Virus record (IMG/VR): IMGVR_UViG_3300046170_000301
Origin: a virus
Direction: 5' to 3' (one strand)
Length of the DNA stretch: 64,000 nucleotides
Below, one piece after another: positions 1 to 8,245 of this stretch; position 1 is the first letter of the stretch, and every line of letters begins with the position of its first letter. A program made the translations under genes and the position numbers. The notes below the pieces were generated by a model. That model ran no database searches. It was not told where the DNA came from and worked only from the letters and a program-made list of their open reading frames with translations.

Positions 1-39
1 AATTAACCAGTGCCCATCAAACTTAATCAGTTTTATCAT
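1..39 (-). CDS. 5' end of a hypothetical protein running off the window (MIKLIKFDGHWLI...)
   Basis: ATG at 39-37 overlaps the stop of the upstream ORF (ATGA coupling); frame open to the window edge. Confidence 0.5.
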   Translation of the reverse strand, partial: MIKLIKFDGHWLI

Positions 40-416
40 ACTACTTCTGGGTTAACTACTTTGTCAATTTCTTCTTGTTGTTGTTTGACATTTTCTGTTT
101 CGTTTGCCTGCTTTACTTGCTCAACCTTTGCAACATATGCTTGATCAAGTCCAGCATCTGGAGTTCCAATAGCAACAAAAGAATCGTAGGGAATCCTAAA
201 TTGAGAATCAATTGCATAAGGACACCAGCGACTGAACTTTACTTGAAGGTCTTGTTGTGGGTTATCCTGATTGTTTAGTTGAACAAGTTCCAAAACATAG
301 GGGTGAATCATGACTAGACATACGCCTTTCTTGTCTTCACCTTCTCCATCATAAGCTTCTTTGAGTTCGCAAATAATCTGTTCTCCAGATTTTAGAATTA
401 CAATAGACGAGTTCAT
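36..416 (-). CDS. Conserved cyanomyophage hypothetical protein (LKSGEQIICEL N-terminus, probable Sm/SH3-like barrel)
   Basis: ORF 36..509 trimmed to ATG at 416, preceded by GGAGG; typical position downstream of hsp20. Confidence 0.75.
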   Translation of the reverse strand: MNSSIVILKSGEQIICELKEAYDGEGEDKKGVCLVMIHPYVLELVQLNNQDNPQQDLQVKFSRWCPYAIDSQFRIPYDSFVAIGTPDAGLDQAYVAKVEQVKQANETENVKQQQEEIDKVVNPEVV

Positions 417-438
417 AAATCCTCCAATGGGTTTTTCT

Positions 439-467
439 AGTATAGCACAAAAAAGAAAAGGGGGCAA
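439..467 (-). promoter_or_regulatory. sigma70-type promoter TTGCCC-17-TATACT embedded in a terminator hairpin
   Basis: gggcaa 462-467 and agtata 439-444 on + strand, 17-bp spacing. Confidence 0.6.
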
Positions 468-493
468 GTGCTGATTCTGACCAGCACTGCCCC
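445..493 (-). terminator. Intrinsic terminator downstream of hsp20
   Basis: GGGGCAGTGCTGG...TCAGCACTTGCCCC stem followed by a long U-rich tract on the minus strand. Confidence 0.75.
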
Positions 494-518
494 AGCGGCG
501 ACGATACAATTATATTTA

Positions 519-950
519 TTATTCAGTCAGAAGCATAGATGATGTAATTTCATATAGTTTTTTACGTTGATGTTCTGGAATTACCTTATCCAGTTTAATA
601 GTTAAAAGTCCATCCTCAAAGTTTATAGAGGATACTCTAAGCTCTTCTCCCAGTTGGAAGGTGCGGGAGAAAGACCGCTTGGATAATCCTTGATGGATGT
701 AGCTTCTTTCAGTATTTGGTTTCGTAATTTTGCTGGTAACTGAGAGAACGTTTTGTTCTGTAGATACTTCAATCTCATCCTTTTTAAATCCTGCCAAAGC
801 AATTTCAATTGTGTAGTTACCATCTTTATCTTTAAATGTATTGTAAGGTGGATAATTGACGTTGTGTCCAGTCATAGAATCCAACCTGTTGAATACATCA
901 TCAAGACCAAGAGCAAATGGTTCATATGATTTGAAAGTGGTTGTCCACAT
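519..950 (-). CDS. hsp20: Small heat shock protein (Hsp20/alpha-crystallin)
   Basis: NYPPYN...YTIEIALAGF...HQGLSKRSFSRTF...DGLLTI motifs; start moved to ATG 950 after AAGGA. Confidence 0.95.
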   Translation of the reverse strand: MWTTTFKSYEPFALGLDDVFNRLDSMTGHNVNYPPYNTFKDKDGNYTIEIALAGFKKDEIEVSTEQNVLSVTSKITKPNTERSYIHQGLSKRSFSRTFQLGEELRVSSINFEDGLLTIKLDKVIPEHQRKKLYEITSSMLLTE

Positions 951-1025
951 AATTTTTTTCCTTTTAAAGCGAGTGTATTGTATGAACCCCGAAGGCATTC
1001 ATACAATAATTATAACACTTTTAAG

Positions 1026-1050
1026 AAAAAACGGGAGTGTGGACTCCCGT
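1026..1050 (-). terminator. Intrinsic terminator
   Basis: ACGGGAGT-CCAC-ACTCCCGT hairpin followed by U-tract on minus strand. Confidence 0.75.
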
Positions 1051-1052
1051 AA

Positions 1053-1181
1053 TCATTGTTCGGTCATTAACACAGTGTATCCTTGATTACGATACCAGTC
1101 GAGATGTTTTTTGCCCCAGAGTATTTCTTTCCAGACAGTCTCTTTCTGTGGTGTTAAAAATTGAACTTTAATTTTTTTCAT
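1053..1181 (-). CDS. Small hypothetical protein, 42 aa (MKKIKVQFLTPQKETVWKEILWGKKHLDWYRNQGYTVLMTEQ)
   Basis: Hand-translated; ATGA overlap with regA stop; ends just before a terminator. Confidence 0.65.
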   Translation of the reverse strand: MKKIKVQFLTPQKETVWKEILWGKKHLDWYRNQGYTVLMTEQ

Positions 1182-1603
1182 GCCTCAGTTTTTTTTCTTC
1201 CAATGTTATATTTACTTTCAAGATTCCACTCATCTTTTTCTTTGAAAGAAAGAACCTTGATTTGATTTAAAGGAGCAACATCTTCAATCTTTTCTTCATC
1301 CACAACTGTGATGAGACCCCAGTCATAAAGAAGTCGAGTGATTCTATTTCTTCTTTGAACATCATTGAGGGAAAGATTGGTTCTCTTACCATCAAGAGCA
1401 AATAGTTCTTTGAAATGAACAATGTAATATCTACCTTGTTTATGAAGAATGTGACAAGATTGATAAAGCTTTCGTTCCTTTCGTGATGCCACACCAATTC
1501 TTGTTAGAGTCTCACGAACTTTTAAAAAATCATCAGGTTGAGTTAAAGAAACTTCAACCATATCAGAAGGTTGCCAATTAATTTCAGGGTTTTCCATTGT
1601 CAT
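1178..1603 (-). CDS. regA: RegA translational repressor
   Basis: PDDFLKVRETLTRIGVASRKERKLYQSCHILHKQGRYYIVHFKELFALDG signature. Confidence 0.97.
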   Translation of the reverse strand: MTMENPEINWQPSDMVEVSLTQPDDFLKVRETLTRIGVASRKERKLYQSCHILHKQGRYYIVHFKELFALDGKRTNLSLNDVQRRNRITRLLYDWGLITVVDEEKIEDVAPLNQIKVLSFKEKDEWNLESKYNIGRKKTEA

Positions 1604-1989
1604 TTGTTATGTCCACCTTTATTTAACATTTTTTTTATATTTTCCAAATCACCATTCGTAAGGATTCTCAAGGCGGCTACAGCTTTATTGTGGTTGAAAC
1701 CATAATATTCTTTTACCAACTCAAGATTCTCAAGGGATTGTTTTTTTATCCAAGGAGAAAATCTCTTTCTCGGAGTCAAATTATTTATATAAAAATCATA
1801 TTGCATTTTCTTGTCAAGGTGCCCATTTTTATTCATCTCATTGGCATACAGAATAGTGTCAATAAAAGATGAGAAACACTTATTAACAATAAAAGGTGGA
1901 TATGCTTTAGTTGCTTCAGCATCACCATCCAAAAGATTTTTCTTTGATTGGTTAATGCTGAAAAGATAATCTTTCAGTTCTGGTTTCAT
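1600..1989 (-). CDS. gp62: Clamp loader small subunit
   Basis: YPPFIVNKCFS...YANEMN...QYDFYIN...RKRFSPW...VKEYYGFN motifs; upstream of regA. Confidence 0.93.
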   Translation of the reverse strand: MKPELKDYLFSINQSKKNLLDGDAEATKAYPPFIVNKCFSSFIDTILYANEMNKNGHLDKKMQYDFYINNLTPRKRFSPWIKKQSLENLELVKEYYGFNHNKAVAALRILTNGDLENIKKMLNKGGHNK

Positions 1990-2189
1990 AATGTTTTGAT
2001 TGGTCCTACAATTCCTTTTCCTGATTGATTGAGACGATATATTTCAGTTCTACCATTTTTAGTGGTAACAATAATCTCATCTCCTTGAAGCATAGCAGTT
2101 TCTACATTGTTCCCAAAAGTTTGAATAACTCCTTGAGACGCTGTAAATAATTGTGCTTTGCCATTCTTGGCACGAACAAATGTTCCCAT
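1986..2189 (-). CDS. Hypothetical protein, 67 aa
   Basis: ORF with ATGA overlap to gp62. Confidence 0.65.
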   Translation of the reverse strand: MGTFVRAKNGKAQLFTASQGVIQTFGNNVETAMLQGDEIIVTTKNGRTEIYRLNQSGKGIVGPIKTL

Positions 2190-2213
2190 TTTGGTAGTCT
2201 AATAGTTTCTTAG

Positions 2214-2378
2214 TTATCTATAATCAGCTGGATGATATTTTAAATATTCAAGAAATGTCATTTTTATTTCTTTATTTGTCATACCACAATGCTCAGCTGC
2301 TTTTGGTAGATTCATTGTAGCACGAAACAAACCTTCGTTTGCTTCCTTGACATTTTCTGGTGTTGTTTTTTTCTTCAT
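2214..2378 (-). CDS. Small hypothetical protein, 54 aa (MKKKTTPENVKEANEGLFRATMNLPKAAEHCGMT...), possible HTH
   Basis: Hand-translated; ATGA overlap with upstream ORF. Confidence 0.7.
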   Translation of the reverse strand: MKKKTTPENVKEANEGLFRATMNLPKAAEHCGMTNKEIKMTFLEYLKYHPADYR

Positions 2379-2767
2379 AGATATCTAACTTCATCAATGT
2401 ATCCAGCAGTTATTCCCGAGTTAATCATTGCTTCCGAATAACTTCCTAGTTTTGGTGGGACAGAAAAGTAAATAACATAATAAGAATCTGGTTGAAGATA
2501 TTTAAGAAGTGCTCCATTGCACAAAGCTTTTTTTACATTATCAGTTCTTTCTGCTCCTGGTCGCTTTTTATTTCCCGGCTTACCACCTTTTGCTTCGATA
2601 TATTCTATTCTATATGGATAGTCTGCTATAAAATCAAGCTCAATACCAAGTTTTTTTATGCAATAATCTTTTCCAATTATAATACCATTTTTACTTTTAA
2701 CATCAAGTTCTACTAAGTTTTCAAACTCATCTCCAGATTTTTTACTTTCAGATTGAAAATTAATCAT
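2375..2767 (-). CDS. Putative PD-(D/E)XK-superfamily endonuclease
   Basis: GDEFE...ELDFIA...YIEAKGG catalytic-type pattern. Confidence 0.65.
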   Translation of the reverse strand: MINFQSESKKSGDEFENLVELDVKSKNGIIIGKDYCIKKLGIELDFIADYPYRIEYIEAKGGKPGNKKRPGAERTDNVKKALCNGALLKYLQPDSYYVIYFSVPPKLGSYSEAMINSGITAGYIDEVRYL

Positions 2768-3714
2768 TTGAATTCACATCCCATCATAATTTCAGTAAGA
2801 CAAGCAAGCAGATTAATCTCTTGGTCAGCAACAAAAGAAATCTGATATTGATAACGAGCAATAATCATAATAGCTTCTGGAATAGATGGGGACTTTAGAT
2901 TTTCATAAAGAACATCATAAATTTTTCTCATCACGATATTAGGGTCATTATCAATATTTTCCACAACCCATTTCTTGACCATAGTAAACTCTTTGTTTTT
3001 CAAAGACCTCACCAAATCATCAAGATTAACATCAGCGATATCAACAAGAATACCAGCATCAATCTTTCCAACTGCAGCATGGCGTTGAGTTTCATTAATC
3101 AACCTACGCCAATCTGGATAGTAACGTTTGATAAGTTTGATTAGAACTTTGTCGTTATACTCTACAGAGTTTTCATCCAGGATTTTTTTAAGGCGGAAAA
3201 AGAATTTTGCCTGTAGTTTATCGGACTCCTCATGTTTAACTCTAAAGTCAATGACTGTACAACGAGAATGTAAGGGGTCAATAATTTTGTTGGGAAAATT
3301 ACAGGTAAAAATAAACCTACAGTTGCTGTGAAACTCCTCTACAGCACTCCTGAGCGAGAGCTGGACATCATGGGTGGTGTTGTCTGCTTCGTCGATGATA
3401 ACGACCTTGTGGGCTGCATCAGCGGTCAATGAGACGGTCGTAGCGAACTGCCTGGCCCTGTTCCGAACTGTATCCAGAAAACGTCCCTCATCAGAACCGT
3501 TGATGACGATATAAGATGCTCCAATCTCATCACACAATGCTTTAGCAACAGTTGTTTTGCCAACACCAGCAGACCCACAAAGCAAAAGATTAGGGATTTC
3601 CTTTTGTGTAATGAATCCCTTGAAAGAGTTTTTAATTGTCGAAGGAAGAATACAATCCTCGATAGTGTGAGGACGGTATTCTTCTGTCCATAGATACTTT
3701 TTATTTTCCATCAA
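2764..3714 (-). CDS. gp44: Clamp loader AAA+ subunit
   Basis: LWTEEYRP, Walker A GSAGVGKTT, IIDEAD, FIFTCN, PLHSRC. Confidence 0.97.
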   Translation of the reverse strand: MMENKKYLWTEEYRPHTIEDCILPSTIKNSFKGFITQKEIPNLLLCGSAGVGKTTVAKALCDEIGASYIVINGSDEGRFLDTVRNRARQFATTVSLTADAAHKVVIIDEADNTTHDVQLSLRSAVEEFHSNCRFIFTCNFPNKIIDPLHSRCTVIDFRVKHEESDKLQAKFFFRLKKILDENSVEYNDKVLIKLIKRYYPDWRRLINETQRHAAVGKIDAGILVDIADVNLDDLVRSLKNKEFTMVKKWVVENIDNDPNIVMRKIYDVLYENLKSPSIPEAIMIIARYQYQISFVADQEINLLACLTEIMMGCEFK

Positions 3715-4382
3715 GGTTCACAAGCAATATAGTAAGTCAAATCGAGTTTGGTGTGTTTCCATTCAGTAATAAGTTTACTGGAAATCTTCACCATATAATC
3801 CCCAGGAAGAAGACGGATATTGTCCATCTTCATGTACACTTCATGGTTTCCTGTAGTAGTTGCTGAGCATAACTGTGAGTATACATTGCTGGTTTCGTTT
3901 TCTTTATCACACAAGTTCAAGGAAACTTTATCTTCTTCTGAGTTAATCCTCAAATCTGGGATTTCATATACGGAACGAGCTTTAAGAAGAGCAGTCAAAT
4001 CTTGCTGTGTAAAAGAAAACTCCATATCAGCACCAAGAAAATTAACTTGTTTTTCTGGTGCTGCTTTAAGAGTAATCTCTGGACTTGAAAAATAGTATCG
4101 TGCTGTTTTGTTTCTGCTTCGGATGTTTACATAAGTTTCGTTATCAAACTCAAGAACTGGGTCATCAAACAAAGAAAGACCAGCAAGAAACTGATTCAAA
4201 TCATAGATACCAAATTTTCTGGGGAAAGTTTCTTGACATTGATATTGAGCAATAGCACTTTCCCCTACGCTAATTGTGCTTAGTTGATTTCCCTCCCGAA
4301 TCAAAATTGAACTGTTAATGGTAGCGAAGTTCTTCAGAACCATCATTGTTTGCTGTGAAATAATAACCTTAGTCATAATCAA
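3711..4382 (-). CDS. gp45: Sliding clamp
   Basis: LKNFATINSSI...FGIYDLNQFL...LLPGDY...YYIACE. Confidence 0.95.
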   Translation of the reverse strand: MIMTKVIISQQTMMVLKNFATINSSILIREGNQLSTISVGESAIAQYQCQETFPRKFGIYDLNQFLAGLSLFDDPVLEFDNETYVNIRSRNKTARYYFSSPEITLKAAPEKQVNFLGADMEFSFTQQDLTALLKARSVYEIPDLRINSEEDKVSLNLCDKENETSNVYSQLCSATTTGNHEVYMKMDNIRLLPGDYMVKISSKLITEWKHTKLDLTYYIACEP

Positions 4383-4669
4383 GAATAGTGTTTGTCAGAA
4401 TGAAGAAGAAGCATGGTGTAATGCATTGCTTTAAATAAATCCATTTTGTTTTTTCCATTCTTTTGACCGTACCTATCTCCATACTTAACAAGATTTACTT
4501 GGCAAAAATCTGGTGCCCTTCCTTTGGAGATGGCAAGGTCAATTGTTTGGATGTCAGCAGAACCTTCTTCTGTTCCACAATAATGACTTTTGTATGTACT
4601 CTTCAGATATTCTATAAACTCATCAAGAATTTCACCCTCATTGTATTTCCATTTAAACTCTTCCATCAA
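4379..4669 (-). CDS. Conserved hypothetical protein (WKYNEGEIL...HY...NLVKYGDRYGQKNG...DLFKAMHY)
   Basis: ORF with coupled start/stop; typical neighbour of gp45 in cyanomyophages. Confidence 0.8.
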   Translation of the reverse strand: MMEEFKWKYNEGEILDEFIEYLKSTYKSHYCGTEEGSADIQTIDLAISKGRAPDFCQVNLVKYGDRYGQKNGKNKMDLFKAMHYTMLLLHSDKHYS

Positions 4670-4833
4670 CCCTCCATAACAAACTTCAAGTCATCATAAT
4701 AGCACTCATTCATGTTGCCGTCAAGGTCTCGGACAGTAAGTTTTTGACCCTTTCCATCAATAATTCTAACGGTGTTGCCGTTCCGAAGAACAGCAACATT
4801 TCCGTTGTAACTATGATACTCAGTTTTCTTCAT
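4666..4833 (-). CDS. Small hypothetical protein, 55 aa (MKKTEYHSYNGNVAVLRNGNTVRIIDGKGQKL...)
   Basis: Hand-translated; fills the gap between cobS-like gene and 4379..4669 with overlapping junctions. Confidence 0.65.
   Translation of the reverse strand: MKKTEYHSYNGNVAVLRNGNTVRIIDGKGQKLTVRDLDGNMNECYYDDLKFVMEG
4696..4724 (-). promoter_or_regulatory. sigma70-type promoter TTGACG-17-TATTAT for the gp45-44-62-regA unit
   Basis: cgtcaa 4719-4724, ataata 4696-4701. Confidence 0.6.
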
Positions 4834-5926
4834 CAGACTCTACAGAATTAGCATCGACTTTTCCATACAAGTCAAGGAAAGCACTCTTGGTTTCGTCATC
4901 AAAACGATTTACACAAACTTTAAGTGCTTTCATTTTGTTACCGAAGATAGAGTAAGCACGAATGATGTGGGTAAGACGACGAGTAGAGATGACTTCATCA
5001 ATACCACCTTCATCAAAAGTTCGTCGAATCTGATTTGCCCAGAAAGCAAGACGCTCACAGAACTCTTCATTATGGCAATCAAGTTTCTTAGAAAGCTTCT
5101 CAAGAATCTTCTGCTCAGTTTTAGGAGTAGGATAATCTTGCTCAAAAGTCAAAGCAAAACGCTCAAGGAATGCTTCGTTCAAAACATTGGTGCCGATAAA
5201 TCGACCATCATCAGAACCTTTACCTTTGGTGTTTGCTGTAGCAATCACAGTAAAACCATCTGCTGGTTGAATACATTTACCAGTTTTCTTCAGGAACACA
5301 CCCTTACCTTCAAGAATAGATTGAAGACAAAGGATTTTGTTTGAAGCAAGGTCAATCTCATCAAGGAGAAGAACAGCACCTCGCTCAAGTGCTTCAATCA
5401 CAGGACCGTTGTGCCAAACAGTATCGCCATTGATAAGACGGAAACCACCAATCAAATCATCTTCATCAGTTTCGATGGTGATATTAACACGAATGAGTTC
5501 ACGCTTTAGTTGAGCACAAGCTTGTTCAACACTGAAAGTTTTGCCATTGCCAGACATGCCAGTGATGAAGACAGGATAAAAAATACCAGAAGAAATAATT
5601 TTCTTAATATTAGTGAAGTTGCCAAAGCTGACGAAGTTAGCATCTTTTTCAGGAACAAGAGATTGGAAGGGAATCATAACATGCTCTACTTCTTGTTCAG
5701 CAGGTTCAGCAGAAGGAGAGTTGTAGGTGTTTTCGATTTGTTGGGCAGTAAGATTCCACTGACCACGACCAACTTTATAATCTTCAAGACGCTTGCTAAT
5801 AGTCACATAAGTGCTTTCAAATTGCTTAGAGGCGTCGATGATAGCATTGCTACCAATTTCGTTGCCATAGTATTCTTTGAGATAGTCAACGATTTCGGCG
5901 GTGGTCACGTTAAAAGAGCGAGGCAT
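4820..5926 (-). CDS. cobS: CobS-like / MoxR-family AAA+ ATPase
   Basis: Walker A GMSGNGKT, LLLDEID, ATANTKGKG, NEAFLERF, ISTRRL. Confidence 0.9.
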   Translation of the reverse strand: MPRSFNVTTAEIVDYLKEYYGNEIGSNAIIDASKQFESTYVTISKRLEDYKVGRGQWNLTAQQIENTYNSPSAEPAEQEVEHVMIPFQSLVPEKDANFVSFGNFTNIKKIISSGIFYPVFITGMSGNGKTFSVEQACAQLKRELIRVNITIETDEDDLIGGFRLINGDTVWHNGPVIEALERGAVLLLDEIDLASNKILCLQSILEGKGVFLKKTGKCIQPADGFTVIATANTKGKGSDDGRFIGTNVLNEAFLERFALTFEQDYPTPKTEQKILEKLSKKLDCHNEEFCERLAFWANQIRRTFDEGGIDEVISTRRLTHIIRAYSIFGNKMKALKVCVNRFDDETKSAFLDLYGKVDANSVESDEEN

Positions 5927-6006
5927 GATGTAAAAGTCCTTTGGAACTATTTAAGTATAGAGTGTTTGAGGGAGAAATCTCCCCCGAGTGGACAGTTTTG
6001 AAACTG

Positions 6007-8163
6007 TCAGGAGATGAGAGAAGCAAAAGAAGACAAAACCTTTTTATTGGTTTTCTTGTTTTTCAGCATAGAGCGAAATGCTTTGCCAATATCTGCTGGT
6101 GTGGCATCTTCTTTAACTTGAAATTCTGTAGAAACCTCAAGGTTATTACTGGCAAGGAAGTAAAGAGCATCGTAAGCAGTATCAGTAAATTCAAAAGATT
6201 TATCTTTAGAGAAAATTTTAAAACATTCTGGATTACATTCTCTATAATAACTTTTATAAAAAGACCTGAAATCATGATTACTTCCAATACGGAATCCAAT
6301 AATATTAACATCTGGATTACGGTCTTTGAGATTATCAAGAAGAATATAAGTTGGGAAATTATTGAGATAGTTATAACTAAAAGACCGATAAACTTTCCCA
6401 GTTTTCCTGTCACGAAGACGTTCTTTATTCGAAATTTTCTTAATACAATAGGAACCATAAGTTTCATTATATGTTGTGTTGTAAGCTGACATATTGGATT
6501 CTCCATCAGTCAAAATAACAACATTGGTTTTTTGAATCTTGTTCTTGTTTTTGAACTCAGGAATGACGGAGTTCAACACAACAATAGTATCATTAAGAGG
6601 AGTTCCACTCAAGTCAACTCCATGGGGAGAACAAAGATGACCATCACCAGCATTGGCACAACGCCAGAGGTTTAGCATGGATTCTTCAAACTTACTATTG
6701 TTAACTCTACTAGTAACAAAATTAAGCAAAGAGAAATGATTGGAAATTTTATAAATAAACTCCTTCTCTTCATGACATAAATGATCACCATTATAACTAT
6801 AATTCCACTCATTAGTGAAAGCATAAACTTCAAATGGGATTTGAGTTTTACGACAGAACCAGCAAAGATTCATCAACTGCTTCACTGTGGCAACAAGGTT
6901 TAGTGCCATAGAACCAGACCAGTCGAGAATAAAAATCATGCCATGATTCTTACCTTCAGGAACAACAGCAACTTTACGAAACAAATCTTCGTTATACTTG
7001 TAAGTATGAAGTTTTGAGGTATCAAGAACGCCTGTCTTATTCAACATAATACGTTGATAAGCATCAGCAGATTTTTTACTCTCAAACTCTTTTACAAGAT
7101 AGTTGACTTCTTTCTGTGATTCTTTTTTGAACTTTTTATATTCTTCATCAACCATAGTCAAACTTCCAGTATTAAAATAATTTGTATAGAATGTGGTGAT
7201 GTGTTTTGTGAGTCTATTGTTATCAACAATAACTTTAGAAGTGTCTACATCTGGAAGTTCAATATAAACATCATCAGATTGTAACTTATCAACCAAAGTT
7301 TTAGACATCTGATTAAAGTTACTTTGAGTTTTAGAAACTCCTTCACCTTTCAAATCGCCACCAATGGGCAATCCATCATTACCAGATTCATCTTGACCAG
7401 AAGGTTCTGCTTCTTCATCATATCCAGAAGTTCTTTCGCCTCCACCTTCTTCGCTTTTGTTTTCAGAAGTGCTTTCGCCTTCACCTTCTTCGCTTTTGTT
7501 TTCAGAATTGCTTTTCTGCTCACTGGTAGGTTGACTATCAGATTCAACACTATCTCCACTACCATATTGCTCCTGAGTTTGAACATCAGAAGGAATCTCA
7601 GCAGAATCTTTCTTGTGCTCTTTAATGTAATTACAAATCTGCTTACAGATTTCAATCACATCTTCAAAAGTTTCACACACATCAATCAGTTCAATGAAGT
7701 GCTTCTCATCTTCACTAAAAGGAATATCAGAATACAAACCAATTTTGTAGAACAGATTGATACGGTCAATCAAAGACATAGTAGAGATGTCAGTTTCTTT
7801 TATGCCAAAGAAATCATCACGATTAAGTTCTTGATAACCAGTAAAGAATGTCTTTGCCAAACCAGGAAACTTACGCTTCATAAGTTTCTCGATACGAGCA
7901 TCTTCAATAACGTTAATAAAATCTTTCGGGATATTACTACTAAAGATTTCTTCCCAACCATCAACGGGAGTATAAAGAGCATGACCAACTTCATGACCCA
8001 CAAGAAGGTCATAGACATTGACAGATGCTCGCTCCCAGTTTGGAAGCGTAAGCACACGACGCTTCACATCAAAGGATGCCGTGGAAACTTTCTTGTGCTC
8101 AATAATAAGGTTCTCAGTAGCAAGAAGACGGGCGAGTGTGCCTTTGATTTCTTTGTAAGACAT
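6007..8163 (-). CDS. CobT-like protein: N-terminal HExxH metallopeptidase-like domain, acidic linker, C-terminal VWA domain
   Basis: GHEVGH and NVIEDARIE; FILDWSGSM MIDAS; SGTPL; ILTDGES. Confidence 0.85.
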   Translation of the reverse strand: MSYKEIKGTLARLLATENLIIEHKKVSTASFDVKRRVLTLPNWERASVNVYDLLVGHEVGHALYTPVDGWEEIFSSNIPKDFINVIEDARIEKLMKRKFPGLAKTFFTGYQELNRDDFFGIKETDISTMSLIDRINLFYKIGLYSDIPFSEDEKHFIELIDVCETFEDVIEICKQICNYIKEHKKDSAEIPSDVQTQEQYGSGDSVESDSQPTSEQKSNSENKSEEGEGESTSENKSEEGGGERTSGYDEEAEPSGQDESGNDGLPIGGDLKGEGVSKTQSNFNQMSKTLVDKLQSDDVYIELPDVDTSKVIVDNNRLTKHITTFYTNYFNTGSLTMVDEEYKKFKKESQKEVNYLVKEFESKKSADAYQRIMLNKTGVLDTSKLHTYKYNEDLFRKVAVVPEGKNHGMIFILDWSGSMALNLVATVKQLMNLCWFCRKTQIPFEVYAFTNEWNYSYNGDHLCHEEKEFIYKISNHFSLLNFVTSRVNNSKFEESMLNLWRCANAGDGHLCSPHGVDLSGTPLNDTIVVLNSVIPEFKNKNKIQKTNVVILTDGESNMSAYNTTYNETYGSYCIKKISNKERLRDRKTGKVYRSFSYNYLNNFPTYILLDNLKDRNPDVNIIGFRIGSNHDFRSFYKSYYRECNPECFKIFSKDKSFEFTDTAYDALYFLASNNLEVSTEFQVKEDATPADIGKAFRSMLKNKKTNKKVLSSFASLIS

Positions 8164-8186
8164 CGATGTTTTGTTTAACTGAAGTC

Positions 8187-8245
8187 AGTATACACAAAAA
8201 AAGAGGGGCACCAAGACCCCTCAGTCCACTTCTGAAAGTGCCACA
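8187..8245 (-). promoter_or_regulatory. Composite terminator hairpin, TATACT -10 and upstream 24-bp palindromic motif
   Basis: GAGGGGTC-TTGG-TGCCCCTC plus U7, then TATACT; cagtccact-N6-agtgccaca at 8222-8245. Confidence 0.6.

Noticed and set aside
4820-5926. Cobalamin-biosynthesis auxiliary metabolic gene
   Set aside because: Only a generic MoxR AAA+ signature; no cobN or other pathway gene in the window
7324-8178. 284-aa plus-strand ORF
   Set aside because: Antisense shadow of the peptidase-VWA gene; no RBS or recognisable motif
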